From Candidatus Poribacteria bacterium (lineage in GTDB: Bacteria; Poribacteria; WGA-4E; WGA-3G): a stretch of 64,000 bases of DNA. Of this stretch, positions 20,976 to 31,818 are shown one piece after another. The stretch lies in assembly GCA_965205065.1 (NCBI GenBank), contig CBDBFT010000001.1, forward strand, positions 1,888,744-1,952,743. Reading direction: 5' to 3'. A program made the translations under genes and the position numbers. The first letter of the stretch is position 1; each line of letters opens with the position of its first letter. The notes beneath the pieces are model-generated. The model saw only the letters and a list, made by a program, of their open reading frames with translations. It had not been told where the DNA came from and searched no databases.

Positions 20976-21746
20976 TTACAGCAGTCTGTCCTTTGGATGC
21001 CAAAGTTGTCCTTCTACAACACCCAATTCTTCCAAAATCGGTATAAGCAATGATATTTCCTCCAACTGCTTTACGTTATGTGCATCGCTCCCGATAAGCA
21101 ACTTCACATCACGTTCTAAGCAAAGTTCATAGAATGCAACAAGGTGGCGTTGATTGTATCGTACCATCTTTGGACTGATTTCTATTCCGATGCCGCGTTG
21201 GGAGGCAAGATCAAGTTGATATAGCAATCGTTTCTGTTCAATGTTACGCATCATCTCCTGACCAAAGGCAGCCAGCTCCTCTGGAGAAAACTGGAAAACA
21301 TCCGGAGACAGTAGAAATGGATGAACCACTGCATCCGTAATTGGACATGCAATTGCTGCCTCAAACATATAGATTTCGTGCAGTGCCACTCGGCGAGGAT
21401 CCCGAAAACTTCTGGGTCGTGCTACGCCACGAAGATGGTAATGATTAGGTGCCATCAAGACATAATCAAAATAGGAGGCTAAAGGAATTGTAATCGAAGT
21501 AACTTGATACTCCAACATCTGTGACTCCACACCAAAGTACACCTCAATTGATGGGTCAACCTCTTTTATCGCCTGTTGCGCGGCTTTTATCCTTCCCACT
21601 TTTGACTGATAACTATAATCATGGTCAGTGATGCCAATGACTTTCATATCTTTCTGTTGTTGCATCTCTATTATCTTCTCTATACTCAAGTCGTTGGCAG
21701 CACATCCAGACAGTTGTGTATGGATATGATAATCACATCTTATCAT
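20976..21746 (-). CDS. PHP domain phosphoesterase
   Basis: DYHIHT, GITDHD, GVE, HP, GSDAH. Confidence 0.85.
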   Translation of the reverse strand: MIRCDYHIHTQLSGCAANDLSIEKIIEMQQQKDMKVIGITDHDYSYQSKVGRIKAAQQAIKEVDPSIEVYFGVESQMLEYQVTSITIPLASYFDYVLMAPNHYHLRGVARPRSFRDPRRVALHEIYMFEAAIACPITDAVVHPFLLSPDVFQFSPEELAAFGQEMMRNIEQKRLLYQLDLASQRGIGIEISPKMVRYNQRHLVAFYELCLERDVKLLIGSDAHNVKQLEEISLLIPILEELGVVEGQLWHPKDRLL

Positions 21747-22007
21747 TTAAAACTCCTTTACCCTGTTTCATTCCTAATGAAATTATTGCAGCGTTTGAGA
21801 TGTATTGCAACAAAAATCCATCCTTAATGGAAAACGCATACACGTTGTATTCTACAACAGATAACGGAAATACGTGAGTAACACTTTTTTTCCTTGCAAG
21901 TTCACGCATTTTTAAGATATACTTTATAGTGTTTATTTCAACAGAAACAGACACATACTGCCAAAAACTATTGAAAAAACGCTGTCTACGAGATAGGTGA
22001 GATTTAG

Positions 22008-22430
22008 ATGCTCTTTAATTTTGGGAATGTACTGATCTTTTTAATTGTCGGTTGTCTATTCGTCGTTCTCAATCTTACGATTTCTCGTCTCCTACATACG
22101 AAGTTGTTCTCTGGTGAAAAATATATTCCCTATGAATGTGGGGAAGACCCGATAGGCGATACCAGGATAAAGTTCAACACACGTTTTTACGTCATCGCTC
22201 TGATTTTTCTCATCTTTGACGTAGAGGTCGTATTCCTGCTCCCGTGGGCAGTCGTTTTTCGTAGCATTGGACTCCTTGCATTCGTGGAAATGCTCGTATT
22301 CATAGCTATTCTGTTAGTCGGACTCGCTTATGTGTGGGCAAAAGGGGACCTTGAATGGATACGTTCTACACAGTTAGAGATACAATCTTTCCAAAGGGAG
22401 GGCAAAAGGGAGGAAAGTAATGATAATTGA
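22008..22430 (+). CDS. nuoA: NADH-quinone oxidoreductase subunit A
   Basis: [28 protein letters not shown]. Confidence 0.95.
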   Translation: MLFNFGNVLIFLIVGCLFVVLNLTISRLLHTKLFSGEKYIPYECGEDPIGDTRIKFNTRFYVIALIFLIFDVEVVFLLPWAVVFRSIGLLAFVEMLVFIAILLVGLAYVWAKGDLEWIRSTQLEIQSFQREGKREESNDN

Positions 22431-23040
22431 TGAGAAATTGGACAAAAACTTAATCGTTACATCCGTTGATGCTGTAGCAAACTGGGCACGATCTTCCGCA
22501 CTTTGGCCTATGACTTTCGGACTCGCTTGCTGTGCCATTGAGTTTATGGCTACCGCAGCTTCAAACTATGATTTAGATAGGTTCGGAGCAGGTGTACCTC
22601 GCGCAACGCCACGACAGTCTGATCTGATGGTCATCTCCGGGACAGTAACCCTCAAAATGGCTACACGAATCAGACGACTCTACGAACAGATGCCTGAACC
22701 GAAATACGTCATCTCCATGGGCAGCTGCGCCACCAGCGGAGGTCCCTATTGGCAACACGGATACCACGTCCTAAAAGGTGTTGACAGAATTATACCCGTC
22801 GACGTCTATGTGCCAGGATGTCCACCACGACCTGAAGCTCTTATTGAAGGACTTCTGAAACTACAAGAAAAAATTAAAACCCAAACCGTCGCAAAACGGA
22901 CAAATGTCCCATTCTTAAAACGGCTATTCACAAAAACAGAATTTGACGAACTCGAGAAGATAGAAAAAGCGAAAAAAGAGAAAGAGGAAACCGACGAAGA
23001 TTCACCCACTGCTGAAGACAAGAACCCTGAGACGACATAA
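22420..23040 (+). CDS. nuoB: NADH-quinone oxidoreductase subunit B
   Basis: [30 protein letters not shown]. Confidence 0.97.
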   Translation: MIIDEKLDKNLIVTSVDAVANWARSSALWPMTFGLACCAIEFMATAASNYDLDRFGAGVPRATPRQSDLMVISGTVTLKMATRIRRLYEQMPEPKYVISMGSCATSGGPYWQHGYHVLKGVDRIIPVDVYVPGCPPRPEALIEGLLKLQEKIKTQTVAKRTNVPFLKRLFTKTEFDELEKIEKAKKEKEETDEDSPTAEDKNPETT

Positions 23041-23067
23041 AAAATAGACAAGATGGAGTAACACTAC

Positions 23068-23553
23068 GTGACGCCAGAAGAGATATACAAAAACCTATCA
23101 GATAAGTTTGGGGACTCAATACTCGGTCTTGACACAGAAATGGCTGGAGACGCAAGCATCAATATTACGCCGTCTGCAATCGCAGAAGTGTGTCAATATC
23201 TCTCAGAAAATGATTCCCTTGCTTTCGATTCTCTCATGTGTCTCAGCGGACTTGATTTGGGGCTGAAGGAGGAAGTTTTCTCCGTTGTTTATCACTTATA
23301 TGCGATGCAACACCGCCATAGTGTTGTGTTGAAAACATCCATGCCGAAAACAGACCCACAACTACCAAGTGTTTCACACATCTGGAAAACCGCAGACTGG
23401 CACGAACGCGAAACTTATGACCTATACGGCATCGTCTTTGAAGGACATACTGACCTTAGACGCATCTTACTACCAGATGATTGGGAAGGATACCCACTAC
23501 GAAAGGATTACAAGGAACCCGACTTTTACCGTGGGATGCGTGTACCGTATTAG
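23068..23553 (+). CDS. nuoC: NADH-quinone oxidoreductase subunit C
   Basis: ADWHERETYDLYGIVFEGH.DLRRILLP..WEGYPLRKD. Confidence 0.95.
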   Translation: MTPEEIYKNLSDKFGDSILGLDTEMAGDASINITPSAIAEVCQYLSENDSLAFDSLMCLSGLDLGLKEEVFSVVYHLYAMQHRHSVVLKTSMPKTDPQLPSVSHIWKTADWHERETYDLYGIVFEGHTDLRRILLPDDWEGYPLRKDYKEPDFYRGMRVPY

Positions 23554-23615
23554 GTAATACTGCAGAAGTAATACTTCAGAGGCCATCATAAATAAACAGA
23601 TCTCATACGCACATT

Positions 23616-24821
23616 ATGGAAGCAACACAACAGACAGAATCAAAGATGATAGAACTTAAGCCCTTCACAGACGAGATGGTCGTGAACATGGGACCCCAGC
23701 ACCCGAGCACACACGGTGTGCTACGTCTTGAGTTGAGATTGGATGGAGAAGTTGTACGGGAGGCTATTCCACATATCGGGTATCTACACCGCTGTTTCGA
23801 AAAACATTCAGAGAATCTCTCTTATCCCCAAATCATACCGTTTACCGACCGAATGGATTACGTGGCAGCGATGAATCAGAATTGGGGATTCTGTCTTGCT
23901 GTTGAAAAACTCATGCAAGCAGATGAAAAAAAGACATTTGCTATCCCCGAACGCGCGGAATATCTGCGTGTGCTTATCTGTGAATTAAATCGGATCGCAA
24001 GCCATCTGCTCTCTTTCGGCACCTACGGTATGGACATAGGCGCATTTACACCTTTCCTCTACGCTTTTCGAGACCGGGAAAAACTCCTGCTGCTTTTTGA
24101 GAAGGTATGCGGTGCGCGTCTTACGTATAACTACATACGCATCGGTGGTGTTTCAGAAATCATTCCAATGGAACCTGGATCAAGTGATGAACAGAACTTT
24201 TTAGACGAAATTGAAGAATTCTTGGATTATTTCGAACCCAAAATTGACGAATATAACGACCTACTCACATCAAACAGCATCTTCTCAGAACGGACTATGG
24301 GAGTAGCCGTTATGTCCGCAGAAATGGCACTGAGCTACGGTGCTACCGGACCGAACTTACGCGGTTCCGGGATTGACTGGGATTTAAGACGAGACGAACC
24401 CTATTCTATCTACGACCGGTTTGAGTATGAAGTGCCTGTAGCAAAGGATGTTCCTGAATTAGGTGCTGTCGTCGGAGATTGCTGGAGCCGCTACAAAGTT
24501 CGTATGGATGAAATGAAGGAGTCCGTAAAGATAGTCCGACAAATTTTAGCAGAAGGTCTACCCGACGGACCTGTCATGGCTGAACTGAAAGCCGTACGTC
24601 CACCAAAAGGTGAAATCTATTTTAGGAGTGAAGCACCGCGCGGAGAACTCGGATTCTACATTGTCAGCGATGGAACACCGAAGCCGGTTCGTGTCAAAGG
24701 ACGTTCGCCATGTTTTAGTGCTTTGAGCGCACTACAGGAACTGAGCCGTGGCTTGATGGTCGCAGATATTATTGCAATTATCGGTAGTATTGATGTTGTG
24801 ATGGGGGAAGTTGATAGATAA
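23616..24821 (+). CDS. nuoD: NADH-quinone oxidoreductase subunit D
   Basis: NMGPQHPSTHGVLRL, GYLHR, DRMDY, EAPRGE, GEVDR. Confidence 0.97.
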   Translation: MEATQQTESKMIELKPFTDEMVVNMGPQHPSTHGVLRLELRLDGEVVREAIPHIGYLHRCFEKHSENLSYPQIIPFTDRMDYVAAMNQNWGFCLAVEKLMQADEKKTFAIPERAEYLRVLICELNRIASHLLSFGTYGMDIGAFTPFLYAFRDREKLLLLFEKVCGARLTYNYIRIGGVSEIIPMEPGSSDEQNFLDEIEEFLDYFEPKIDEYNDLLTSNSIFSERTMGVAVMSAEMALSYGATGPNLRGSGIDWDLRRDEPYSIYDRFEYEVPVAKDVPELGAVVGDCWSRYKVRMDEMKESVKIVRQILAEGLPDGPVMAELKAVRPPKGEIYFRSEAPRGELGFYIVSDGTPKPVRVKGRSPCFSALSALQELSRGLMVADIIAIIGSIDVVMGEVDR

Positions 24822-24848
24822 CTTTTCCATATTTTTAGGAGATAAGCC

Positions 24849-25067
24849 ATGAATGATCAAGAACGGTCTGAAAATAAGAAGAGGGACATAAGCAATAATA
24901 GATTGAATAAACTTGAAAATCAGGTTGAAAGTCTACGGGAAAAGTTGAGTCGGATTCATGGTAAATTGGATGGAAAGCAGCAATCTGATGCTGCTTCGTG
25001 GGGCAAGATTGCTATTGTAATGACGGTAATATCTACCGTCATTGCGCTCCTTGCATATTTCAAATAA
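24849..25067 (+). CDS. Small coiled-coil protein with C-terminal TM anchor, inside the nuo operon
   Basis: AGGAG RBS; heptad segment followed by a hydrophobic C-terminus. Confidence 0.7.
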   Translation: MNDQERSENKKRDISNNRLNKLENQVESLREKLSRIHGKLDGKQQSDAASWGKIAIVMTVISTVIALLAYFK

Positions 25068-25076
25068 GGATATTAG

Positions 25077-26318
25077 ATGCCAGAAATTTTATCTGAAAGT
25101 TTCTTTCACAATTTTAATATACAAGAAAATATACAAGAAGAAACCGGAAATTTGGTGTCATATATTAAGGGAAATGTCATCAACCCGATTTTTCCAGATT
25201 TTCCTATGGAGTTAGGAACTGTCCTCGCGATGTTAGTTTGTGCTGGTATTTTTGTCGCTGTTGTACCGCTACTTCCGTTGGTTTTAGTTTTGGCAGAACG
25301 GAAAGTCGCCGCACGTTTTCAAAACCGAACAGGTCCCATGCGTGTCGGACCCTGGGGCACGTTGCAAACGTTAGCAGATGGCATAAAACTGATCTTCAAA
25401 GAGGACTTTATTCCACCGCAAGGGGATAGACTGCTGTTTCTACTTGCACCATACATCATATTTGCTTGCTCTTTTGCGGTCTTTGCTGCAATCCCGTTCG
25501 GTCAAAACATCTTGGTGAGCGACTTTAATATCGGTATATTTTATATCATGGCGATCTCCTCCGTGATAGTCATGGGTGTGATTATGGCAGGTTGGTCATC
25601 AAATAGTAAGTGGTCGCTTTTGGGGTCTTTACGTTCTGCGGCACAGATCGTAAGCTACGAAATTCCACTCGGTTTATCTATATTAACAGTGGTCATGTTG
25701 GTTCAAAGTTTAGGAATGCAGGATATCGTGAAAGATCAAGCTGGTGGTATCTTCACATGGTTAATCTTTCGTTCACCTTTTACCTTTATCGCATTCTTTA
25801 TCTTCTTTATTTCTGCTATCGCTGAAGTGAACCGAACACCTTTTGACCTGCCGGAAGCAGAATCTGAAATCGTCGCAGGATTCCATACCGAATATAGCGG
25901 AATGCGTTTTGCCCTATTCTTCATCGCTGAATATGCAAATATGTTCGCTGTCAGCGCAATTGGTGTGACACTCTTTCTCGGAGGATATGAAGGTATCTTG
26001 CCGGGTTACGATTTTCTCGGTGGATTACCCGGATTCGTTCTCAAGACTTTAGGCCTCGTTTTCGTCATGATGTGGTTGAGATGGACACTGCCACGCCTAC
26101 GCGTTGATCAACTCATGAATCTCTGCTGGAAATATTTTATTCCGATCTCATTCTTTAACATATTAGGTACTGGAATTTGGGGATTGATTTTTAAAAATGA
26201 TGATGTATGGAGTATGGGAATCAGTTGTGCGATTATTTATGTGGGACTAATCAGTGCTTATGCAATCGCTGGAAAAAATCTCGTGCAGAAACCTGAACCA
26301 CAACCGAGTTCAGTTTAA
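25077..26318 (+). CDS. nuoH: NADH-quinone oxidoreductase subunit H
   Basis: ERKV.ARFQ.R.GP, ADGIKL..KE, RTPFDLPEAESE, EYSG, RWTLPRLRVDQ. Confidence 0.97.
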   Translation: MPEILSESFFHNFNIQENIQEETGNLVSYIKGNVINPIFPDFPMELGTVLAMLVCAGIFVAVVPLLPLVLVLAERKVAARFQNRTGPMRVGPWGTLQTLADGIKLIFKEDFIPPQGDRLLFLLAPYIIFACSFAVFAAIPFGQNILVSDFNIGIFYIMAISSVIVMGVIMAGWSSNSKWSLLGSLRSAAQIVSYEIPLGLSILTVVMLVQSLGMQDIVKDQAGGIFTWLIFRSPFTFIAFFIFFISAIAEVNRTPFDLPEAESEIVAGFHTEYSGMRFALFFIAEYANMFAVSAIGVTLFLGGYEGILPGYDFLGGLPGFVLKTLGLVFVMMWLRWTLPRLRVDQLMNLCWKYFIPISFFNILGTGIWGLIFKNDDVWSMGISCAIIYVGLISAYAIAGKNLVQKPEPQPSSV

Positions 26319-26332
26319 AAGGAACATTGATC

Positions 26333-27055
26333 ATGGACAAATACATTCGTAACATATATAAAGGTGTTTATACCGTTCTCGTTGGTATGCGTATCACAAT
26401 TCGGCAGTTCTTTGAACCGAATGTGACGCACCAATACCCTTACGAACACGATTTTGAGAAGAAACAGAACGTTCGTGAAATACCAAAAGGGTATCGCGGT
26501 CAACTCTACAATAGGATAGAGGATTGCATCGGATGCAAGAAGTGTGAGTTGATTTGCCCTGTGGATTGTATTACGATTACAGGCGACAAACTTCCGAAAG
26601 GTGAACAACTCTGGGATAGCATGAACGTTGTGCATCTCAAGGATGGGCGCGAAGTCATCGGCATTATTGAAGGTGATGACAAAAAAATAATGTCAGAAGA
26701 CGCAATGACAATCACGAATATCACAACCCGCTTAGGTCCACAAGAAGTCATTGATCGTTTGGAAGCATCGAAGGATGAAAACCGAACCGAGACCTTTTCT
26801 ACAGAGGAAGTATCGCGCGTCGTTACACGAAACCCCGTTGTGTTCTATCTTGACCAGTTTGATATTGATATGTCCATCTGCATGTATTGTGGTCTCTGCA
26901 CCGAAGTCTGTCCGACACAATGTCTCGTGATGAAAGACTCTTTGGATGGTATTGAGTACTCAAGCTTCGACCGAACAGATTTAATCTTCAATTTTGACAA
27001 GCAGGAGATGTACAAAAAAGACGATGCAGAAAACGCAGAAGTTGTTGAAGCATAA
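26333..27055 (+). CDS. nuoI: NADH-quinone oxidoreductase subunit I with a long insertion
   Basis: T.QYPYE, CIGCKKCELICP and CMYCGLCTEVCP; operon position. Confidence 0.9.
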   Translation: MDKYIRNIYKGVYTVLVGMRITIRQFFEPNVTHQYPYEHDFEKKQNVREIPKGYRGQLYNRIEDCIGCKKCELICPVDCITITGDKLPKGEQLWDSMNVVHLKDGREVIGIIEGDDKKIMSEDAMTITNITTRLGPQEVIDRLEASKDENRTETFSTEEVSRVVTRNPVVFYLDQFDIDMSICMYCGLCTEVCPTQCLVMKDSLDGIEYSSFDRTDLIFNFDKQEMYKKDDAENAEVVEA

Positions 27056-27076
27056 AGGGAGCGAGGATAACTTTAC

Positions 27077-27598
27077 ATGGAAGAATTATCGCTAAAAACA
27101 TTCATTTTCTACGGATTCGCACTGATAACAATTGCTTCCGCTTTTGCTGTGGTCACTGTCCGAAATATCGTACATGCAGCGTTTGCATTAATGGTTACAC
27201 TTTTCGGTGTTGCTGGTCTTTATGTATTTCTACAAGCAGACTTCCTCGCAGCAACACAGGTAATTGTATATGTCGGTGGTATATTGGTGCTTATCCTCTT
27301 CGGTGTTATGATGACAAGTGGACGATTAGAGATGCGTATCCATATACAGCGCGGTCAGCTTCTCTTAGGTGGAGGTATTTCGCTGGCACTGCTGATGTTG
27401 CTTCTGACGGTCATCGCAAATACACCCAAATGGGAAAACCTAACGGATGATGGAACACCACTGGAACCAACAACGAAACGTATCGGTGAGTTAATTCTGG
27501 ATGGGAAGTTTTTGCTGCCTTTTGAAGTGGCATCTGTGTTATTGTTAGTTGCATTAATCGGAGCTGCGCTCATTTCTCGGAAGGAAATTCGGGACTAA
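27077..27598 (+). CDS. nuoJ: NADH-quinone oxidoreductase subunit J
   Basis: QVIVYVGGILVLILF, PFEVASVLLLVALIGA. Confidence 0.95.
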   Translation: MEELSLKTFIFYGFALITIASAFAVVTVRNIVHAAFALMVTLFGVAGLYVFLQADFLAATQVIVYVGGILVLILFGVMMTSGRLEMRIHIQRGQLLLGGGISLALLMLLLTVIANTPKWENLTDDGTPLEPTTKRIGELILDGKFLLPFEVASVLLLVALIGAALISRKEIRD

Positions 27599-27626
27599 TT
27601 CTATTGTATCTGTAGGATAACACATT

Positions 27627-27962
27627 ATGCCGTTACCACACTTTCTGACGTTACAACACTATCTGGTCATCAGTGCAATTCTATTCTCACTCGGTATATT
27701 TGCAGTGCTAACCCGAAAAAACGCCATCAGCATTTTGATGGGGATTGAACTTATTCTTAATTCTTGTAATCTGAATTTCGTAGCATTTTCTCGCTTTGTT
27801 TCAATACCAGACAACTCAGGAAACATTGATGGACAGATAATCGCCATCTTTGGTATTGTGCTTGCTGCAGCCGAAGCAGCAGTTTTTCTTGCAATTATTC
27901 TCGCAATCTACCGTGAATTCGGTAGCATACGTCCAGATGAAGTGGATACCTTGAAAGGTTAA
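27627..27962 (+). CDS. nuoK: NADH-quinone oxidoreductase subunit K
   Basis: LMGIELILN, GQ, AAAEAAV.LA. Confidence 0.95.
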   Translation: MPLPHFLTLQHYLVISAILFSLGIFAVLTRKNAISILMGIELILNSCNLNFVAFSRFVSIPDNSGNIDGQIIAIFGIVLAAAEAAVFLAIILAIYREFGSIRPDEVDTLKG

Positions 27963-27974
27963 TAACATAATAGT

Positions 27975-30212
27975 ATGGTCGTTCCCTTAATTAGCATCAT
28001 CTTACTTGCACCACTTGTTGCCTTTGCGATCTTCGCGCTATCAGGTTTAGCAAAACGGACTTTTCCGCGTCAAGACCTGCTATCAACGGCGGCAATGCTT
28101 ATCGCACTTATCTGCTCTTTCATTCTATTGCGGGATGTCGTCCCCGAACGAGAACCGTTAGCAGTTGACTGGATATCTATCGGTAAAATTACCATCTCAA
28201 TGGGGTTCTACCTCGACAGCGTAACTGTGATAATGCTAATCGTTGTCACACTGGTCAGTAGTCTTGTGCATATCTTCTCAATAGGCTATATGCATGGGGA
28301 CCCGCGTTACCCAAGATTCTTCGCCTATCTATCGCTCTTTTCCTTTTCAATGCTATTCTTGGTGGTATCAGACAACCTGCTCGGTATCTATATAGGTTGG
28401 GAACTCGTCGGTCTCTGCTCCTATCTTCTCATCGGTTTCTGGTTTGAAAAGAATTCCGCTGCAAATGCGTGTAAGAAAGCATTCCTGACAACTCGCGTCG
28501 GTGACATCGGCATGTTCATCGGCATGATGATGCTGTTTACGAAATTTCATACCTTTTCCCTTCACGGAACAGATGGCATTTTTACGCGTGCAGCTGCAGA
28601 ATTAATCACTGGAGACATAGTCTGGCTTTCAATAGCAGGTATTCTCATCTTTTGTGGTGCGATTGGAAAATCTGCCCAAGTACCGTTGCATACATGGCTA
28701 CCAGACGCAATGGAAGGTCCAACACCTGTCAGTGCGTTAATCCACGCAGCGACTATGGTTGCTGCAGGCGTATATCTTACTGCTCGGATGTTCCCAATCT
28801 TGACATTTTCTTCATCTTTGGTTATCGCTTATGTTGGCGGTATTACCGCAATCGTCGCCGCTACTATTGCTATCGTGCGTTTTGACATTAAGCGCGTGTT
28901 GGCATATTCTACGGTCAGTCAACTCGGATATATGATGTTAGCAATTGGTGCGGGAAGTTATGTTGCAGGACTATTCCATCTTACAACGCACGCCTTTTTC
29001 AAAGCGTTGCTGTTCCTCGGTTCTGGTAGTGTTATCCATGCCTTCCACGCAATGCACTCACACAGTCAACATACCCAGGGGCATGATGAAGCACATGCGG
29101 ATGACGAAGCACATGAACACGACGACTCCAGTTTAGTACAGGAAAATTTAGTTCACGAACACGGTTCCGAAATCCCACCGGACCAAGATATGCGGAATAT
29201 GGGTGGACTCAGGCGGAAAATGCCGATCACCTTTATCACAATGCTCATCGCAACCTTGTCAATCTCTGGCGTACCATTTCTCTTTTCAGGCTTCTGGAGT
29301 AAGGATAAAATATTAGCTGGTGTACTTGGACACGCAATGGAATGGAACTCTATACATCACTACATTCTGTTTGTACTGGCACTCTGCGCGGCGTGTATCA
29401 CTGCCTTCTACATGTTTAGACTCATCTTTATGACATTCTTCGGTGAACCCCGTAACAAAGAAATGCACAACATGGCACACGAATCACCGTGGGTGATGAC
29501 AGCACCGCTAATTATATTGGCTGTCTTGAGTTTTCCCGTTGTTAATACAATCTGGTTTAACAAAGATTATGTAAAACCACCTGAACAACACCATCTTCAT
29601 CCACCGCAACTTGCTTACGTTTCCCCTGATACCAAAACAGGTGATGCGAATTTTGGTTTCTCATTCTTCGGCGTTTCCGAGGCACAAGCAGCTGATGAAG
29701 TGGGTGGAAAAAACGGTGAAAAAGCAGATGATGCCTATTACATTCACAAACGAGCACATAATATCGCTATGGCGTTATCCATCATTGTTGCAAGTTTAGG
29801 TATACTGCTGTCTTGGTTGTTCTATCATAGACGAAGGTTCTCGGCAGAATCTGTCGCAACGACTTTCCGTCCTGTCTACAACCTATTCTGGAATAAATAC
29901 TATTTTGATGAATTCTACGATGGCGTATTAGTTGCACTCACGGTTTGGAAATCTCGCCTCTTTGCACGCTTTGATCTATCTGTCATTGATGGTATCGTCA
30001 ACGGTGTAGGCTTCGCAACACGTCGGGTCTTCGCAGCAATTATCGGCTATTTTGATAGACGCGTGGTTGATGGAATCGTCAACCGAGTTGCTGAGGTTAC
30101 CTGGGCAGCTGGTGGCAGAATACGTAGAATACAAACAGGAGCAATTCAAACCTATCTCTTTGTCGTTATTGGTGGGATAGTGTTAATAATTTTGATTTTC
30201 AGGGCATTGTAG
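27975..30212 (+). CDS. nuoL: NADH-quinone oxidoreductase subunit L
   Basis: GWELVGLCSYLLIGFW, GKSAQ.PLHTWLPDAMEGPTPVSALIHAATMV, QDMRNMGGL. Confidence 0.97.
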   Translation: MVVPLISIILLAPLVAFAIFALSGLAKRTFPRQDLLSTAAMLIALICSFILLRDVVPEREPLAVDWISIGKITISMGFYLDSVTVIMLIVVTLVSSLVHIFSIGYMHGDPRYPRFFAYLSLFSFSMLFLVVSDNLLGIYIGWELVGLCSYLLIGFWFEKNSAANACKKAFLTTRVGDIGMFIGMMMLFTKFHTFSLHGTDGIFTRAAAELITGDIVWLSIAGILIFCGAIGKSAQVPLHTWLPDAMEGPTPVSALIHAATMVAAGVYLTARMFPILTFSSSLVIAYVGGITAIVAATIAIVRFDIKRVLAYSTVSQLGYMMLAIGAGSYVAGLFHLTTHAFFKALLFLGSGSVIHAFHAMHSHSQHTQGHDEAHADDEAHEHDDSSLVQENLVHEHGSEIPPDQDMRNMGGLRRKMPITFITMLIATLSISGVPFLFSGFWSKDKILAGVLGHAMEWNSIHHYILFVLALCAACITAFYMFRLIFMTFFGEPRNKEMHNMAHESPWVMTAPLIILAVLSFPVVNTIWFNKDYVKPPEQHHLHPPQLAYVSPDTKTGDANFGFSFFGVSEAQAADEVGGKNGEKADDAYYIHKRAHNIAMALSIIVASLGILLSWLFYHRRRFSAESVATTFRPVYNLFWNKYYFDEFYDGVLVALTVWKSRLFARFDLSVIDGIVNGVGFATRRVFAAIIGYFDRRVVDGIVNRVAEVTWAAGGRIRRIQTGAIQTYLFVVIGGIVLIILIFRAL

Positions 30213-30279
30213 TTGCCTACAATATATAAACTACAGGCATAAAATACAGACCCGATGGGATAAGGAGGATTCCCACTAA

Positions 30280-31809
30280 ATGTTATTATCCCTAATGATT
30301 TTTGTCCCGCTGCTTGGGATGATCGTTGTTTTACTTCTACCACGCGAATCTGACGAACTCATAAAGCGCGTTGCATTGCTCTTCACACTCATTCCACTTG
30401 CATTAGCAGTGTACTTATTCATATCTTATGTCCGTTCAGATGCAGGCCCACAGTTTGATGTTAGCATTGACTGGATTGATACATTTAATATAAAATACCA
30501 CGTTGGGATCGACGGTCTAAGCGTAACACTCCTACTGTTAACAGCACTCTTAGGTCCAATCTGTGTCCTTGCCTCATGGAGAAACATAGAGAAGGGTATA
30601 AAGGCTTATATGGCGTTATTCCTATTACTTGAAACAGGGATGTTAGGCTTTTTTGCTGCGTTGGACCTCTTCCTATTCTTTGTCTTTTTTGAGTTGACAC
30701 TGCTACCGATGTATTTCCTTATCGGTGTGTGGGGTGGACCGCGTAGAGAATATGCAGCAATCAAGTTCTTTCTCTATACCTTATTCGGTAGTGTGTTGAT
30801 GCTGGTTGCATTGATTGCAGTCTATCTCAAGAGTGGAGACCCAGGGGCACGTACATTTGAAATTCCCGAACTCATAAGATTGGCAAGTGATCCAGGACAC
30901 GCGCTCGCTGATTCAACATTCCAGATGTGGGTATTCCTCGGTTTCTTTATCGGGTTTGCTGTCAAAGTACCGATCTTTCCATTTCATACCTGGCTACCAG
31001 ACGCACACGTTGAAGCACCAACAGCGATTAGTGTTATCCTTGCGGGTGTCCTCCTAAAAATGGGAACTTACGGGTTAGTCCGTATTAATATGGACATGTT
31101 TCCTGAAGGCATGGCAGTCTTCGCGAATGGACAAGGTATAGTGGGTAATAGTCTGGCTATTCTCGGATTTGTAAATATCGTTTACGGCTCATTCTGTGCA
31201 TTGGCACAGACAGATTTCAAGAAGTTGGTCGCATATTCCAGTATTGGACACATGGGATTTGTTATCTTGGGACTTGCCGCAGGAAATGAAATGGGTCTTA
31301 CTGGCGCAATATTACAGATGTTTAATCACGGTGTCATAAGCGCAATGCTATTCCTGCTTGTTGGTGTACTCTATGACCGAGCACACCACCGTGAGATCAA
31401 TGGCTTCGGTGGATTAGGAAGTAGAATGCCTGTTTATACCGGTATTACAACACTCGCCTTCATGGCTTCCTTGGGATTACCGGGATTAAGTGGATTTATC
31501 GGTGAAGCATTTTCTCTGGTCGGTGCTTTTGAAAGATTCAAGTTGTTGACAATCCTATCTACGATAGGGATTGTTGTCGGTGCAGCATATTTCCTATGGA
31601 CACTTCAAAGGGTTTTCTTAGGAACGCTCAATCCAAAATATGAAGAACTGCCAGAAATCAACGGACGCGAGATATTGACTTTGGTACCACTCGGAATATT
31701 AGTCATTGTCCTCGGTATTTGGCCCCATTTTGCAATTGAAATGTTCAGCGAATCAGTCGTAAAATTGACAGAGAAGATTTCAGAGATTATACCGATGGCA
31801 GGTCTATAG
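30280..31809 (+). CDS. nuoM: NADH-quinone oxidoreductase subunit M
   Basis: AAIKFFLYT, VKVPIFPFHTWLPDAHVEAPT, LLKMGTYG. Confidence 0.97.
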   Translation: MLLSLMIFVPLLGMIVVLLLPRESDELIKRVALLFTLIPLALAVYLFISYVRSDAGPQFDVSIDWIDTFNIKYHVGIDGLSVTLLLLTALLGPICVLASWRNIEKGIKAYMALFLLLETGMLGFFAALDLFLFFVFFELTLLPMYFLIGVWGGPRREYAAIKFFLYTLFGSVLMLVALIAVYLKSGDPGARTFEIPELIRLASDPGHALADSTFQMWVFLGFFIGFAVKVPIFPFHTWLPDAHVEAPTAISVILAGVLLKMGTYGLVRINMDMFPEGMAVFANGQGIVGNSLAILGFVNIVYGSFCALAQTDFKKLVAYSSIGHMGFVILGLAAGNEMGLTGAILQMFNHGVISAMLFLLVGVLYDRAHHREINGFGGLGSRMPVYTGITTLAFMASLGLPGLSGFIGEAFSLVGAFERFKLLTILSTIGIVVGAAYFLWTLQRVFLGTLNPKYEELPEINGREILTLVPLGILVIVLGIWPHFAIEMFSESVVKLTEKISEIIPMAGL

Positions 31810-31818
31810 GAGAAATGT

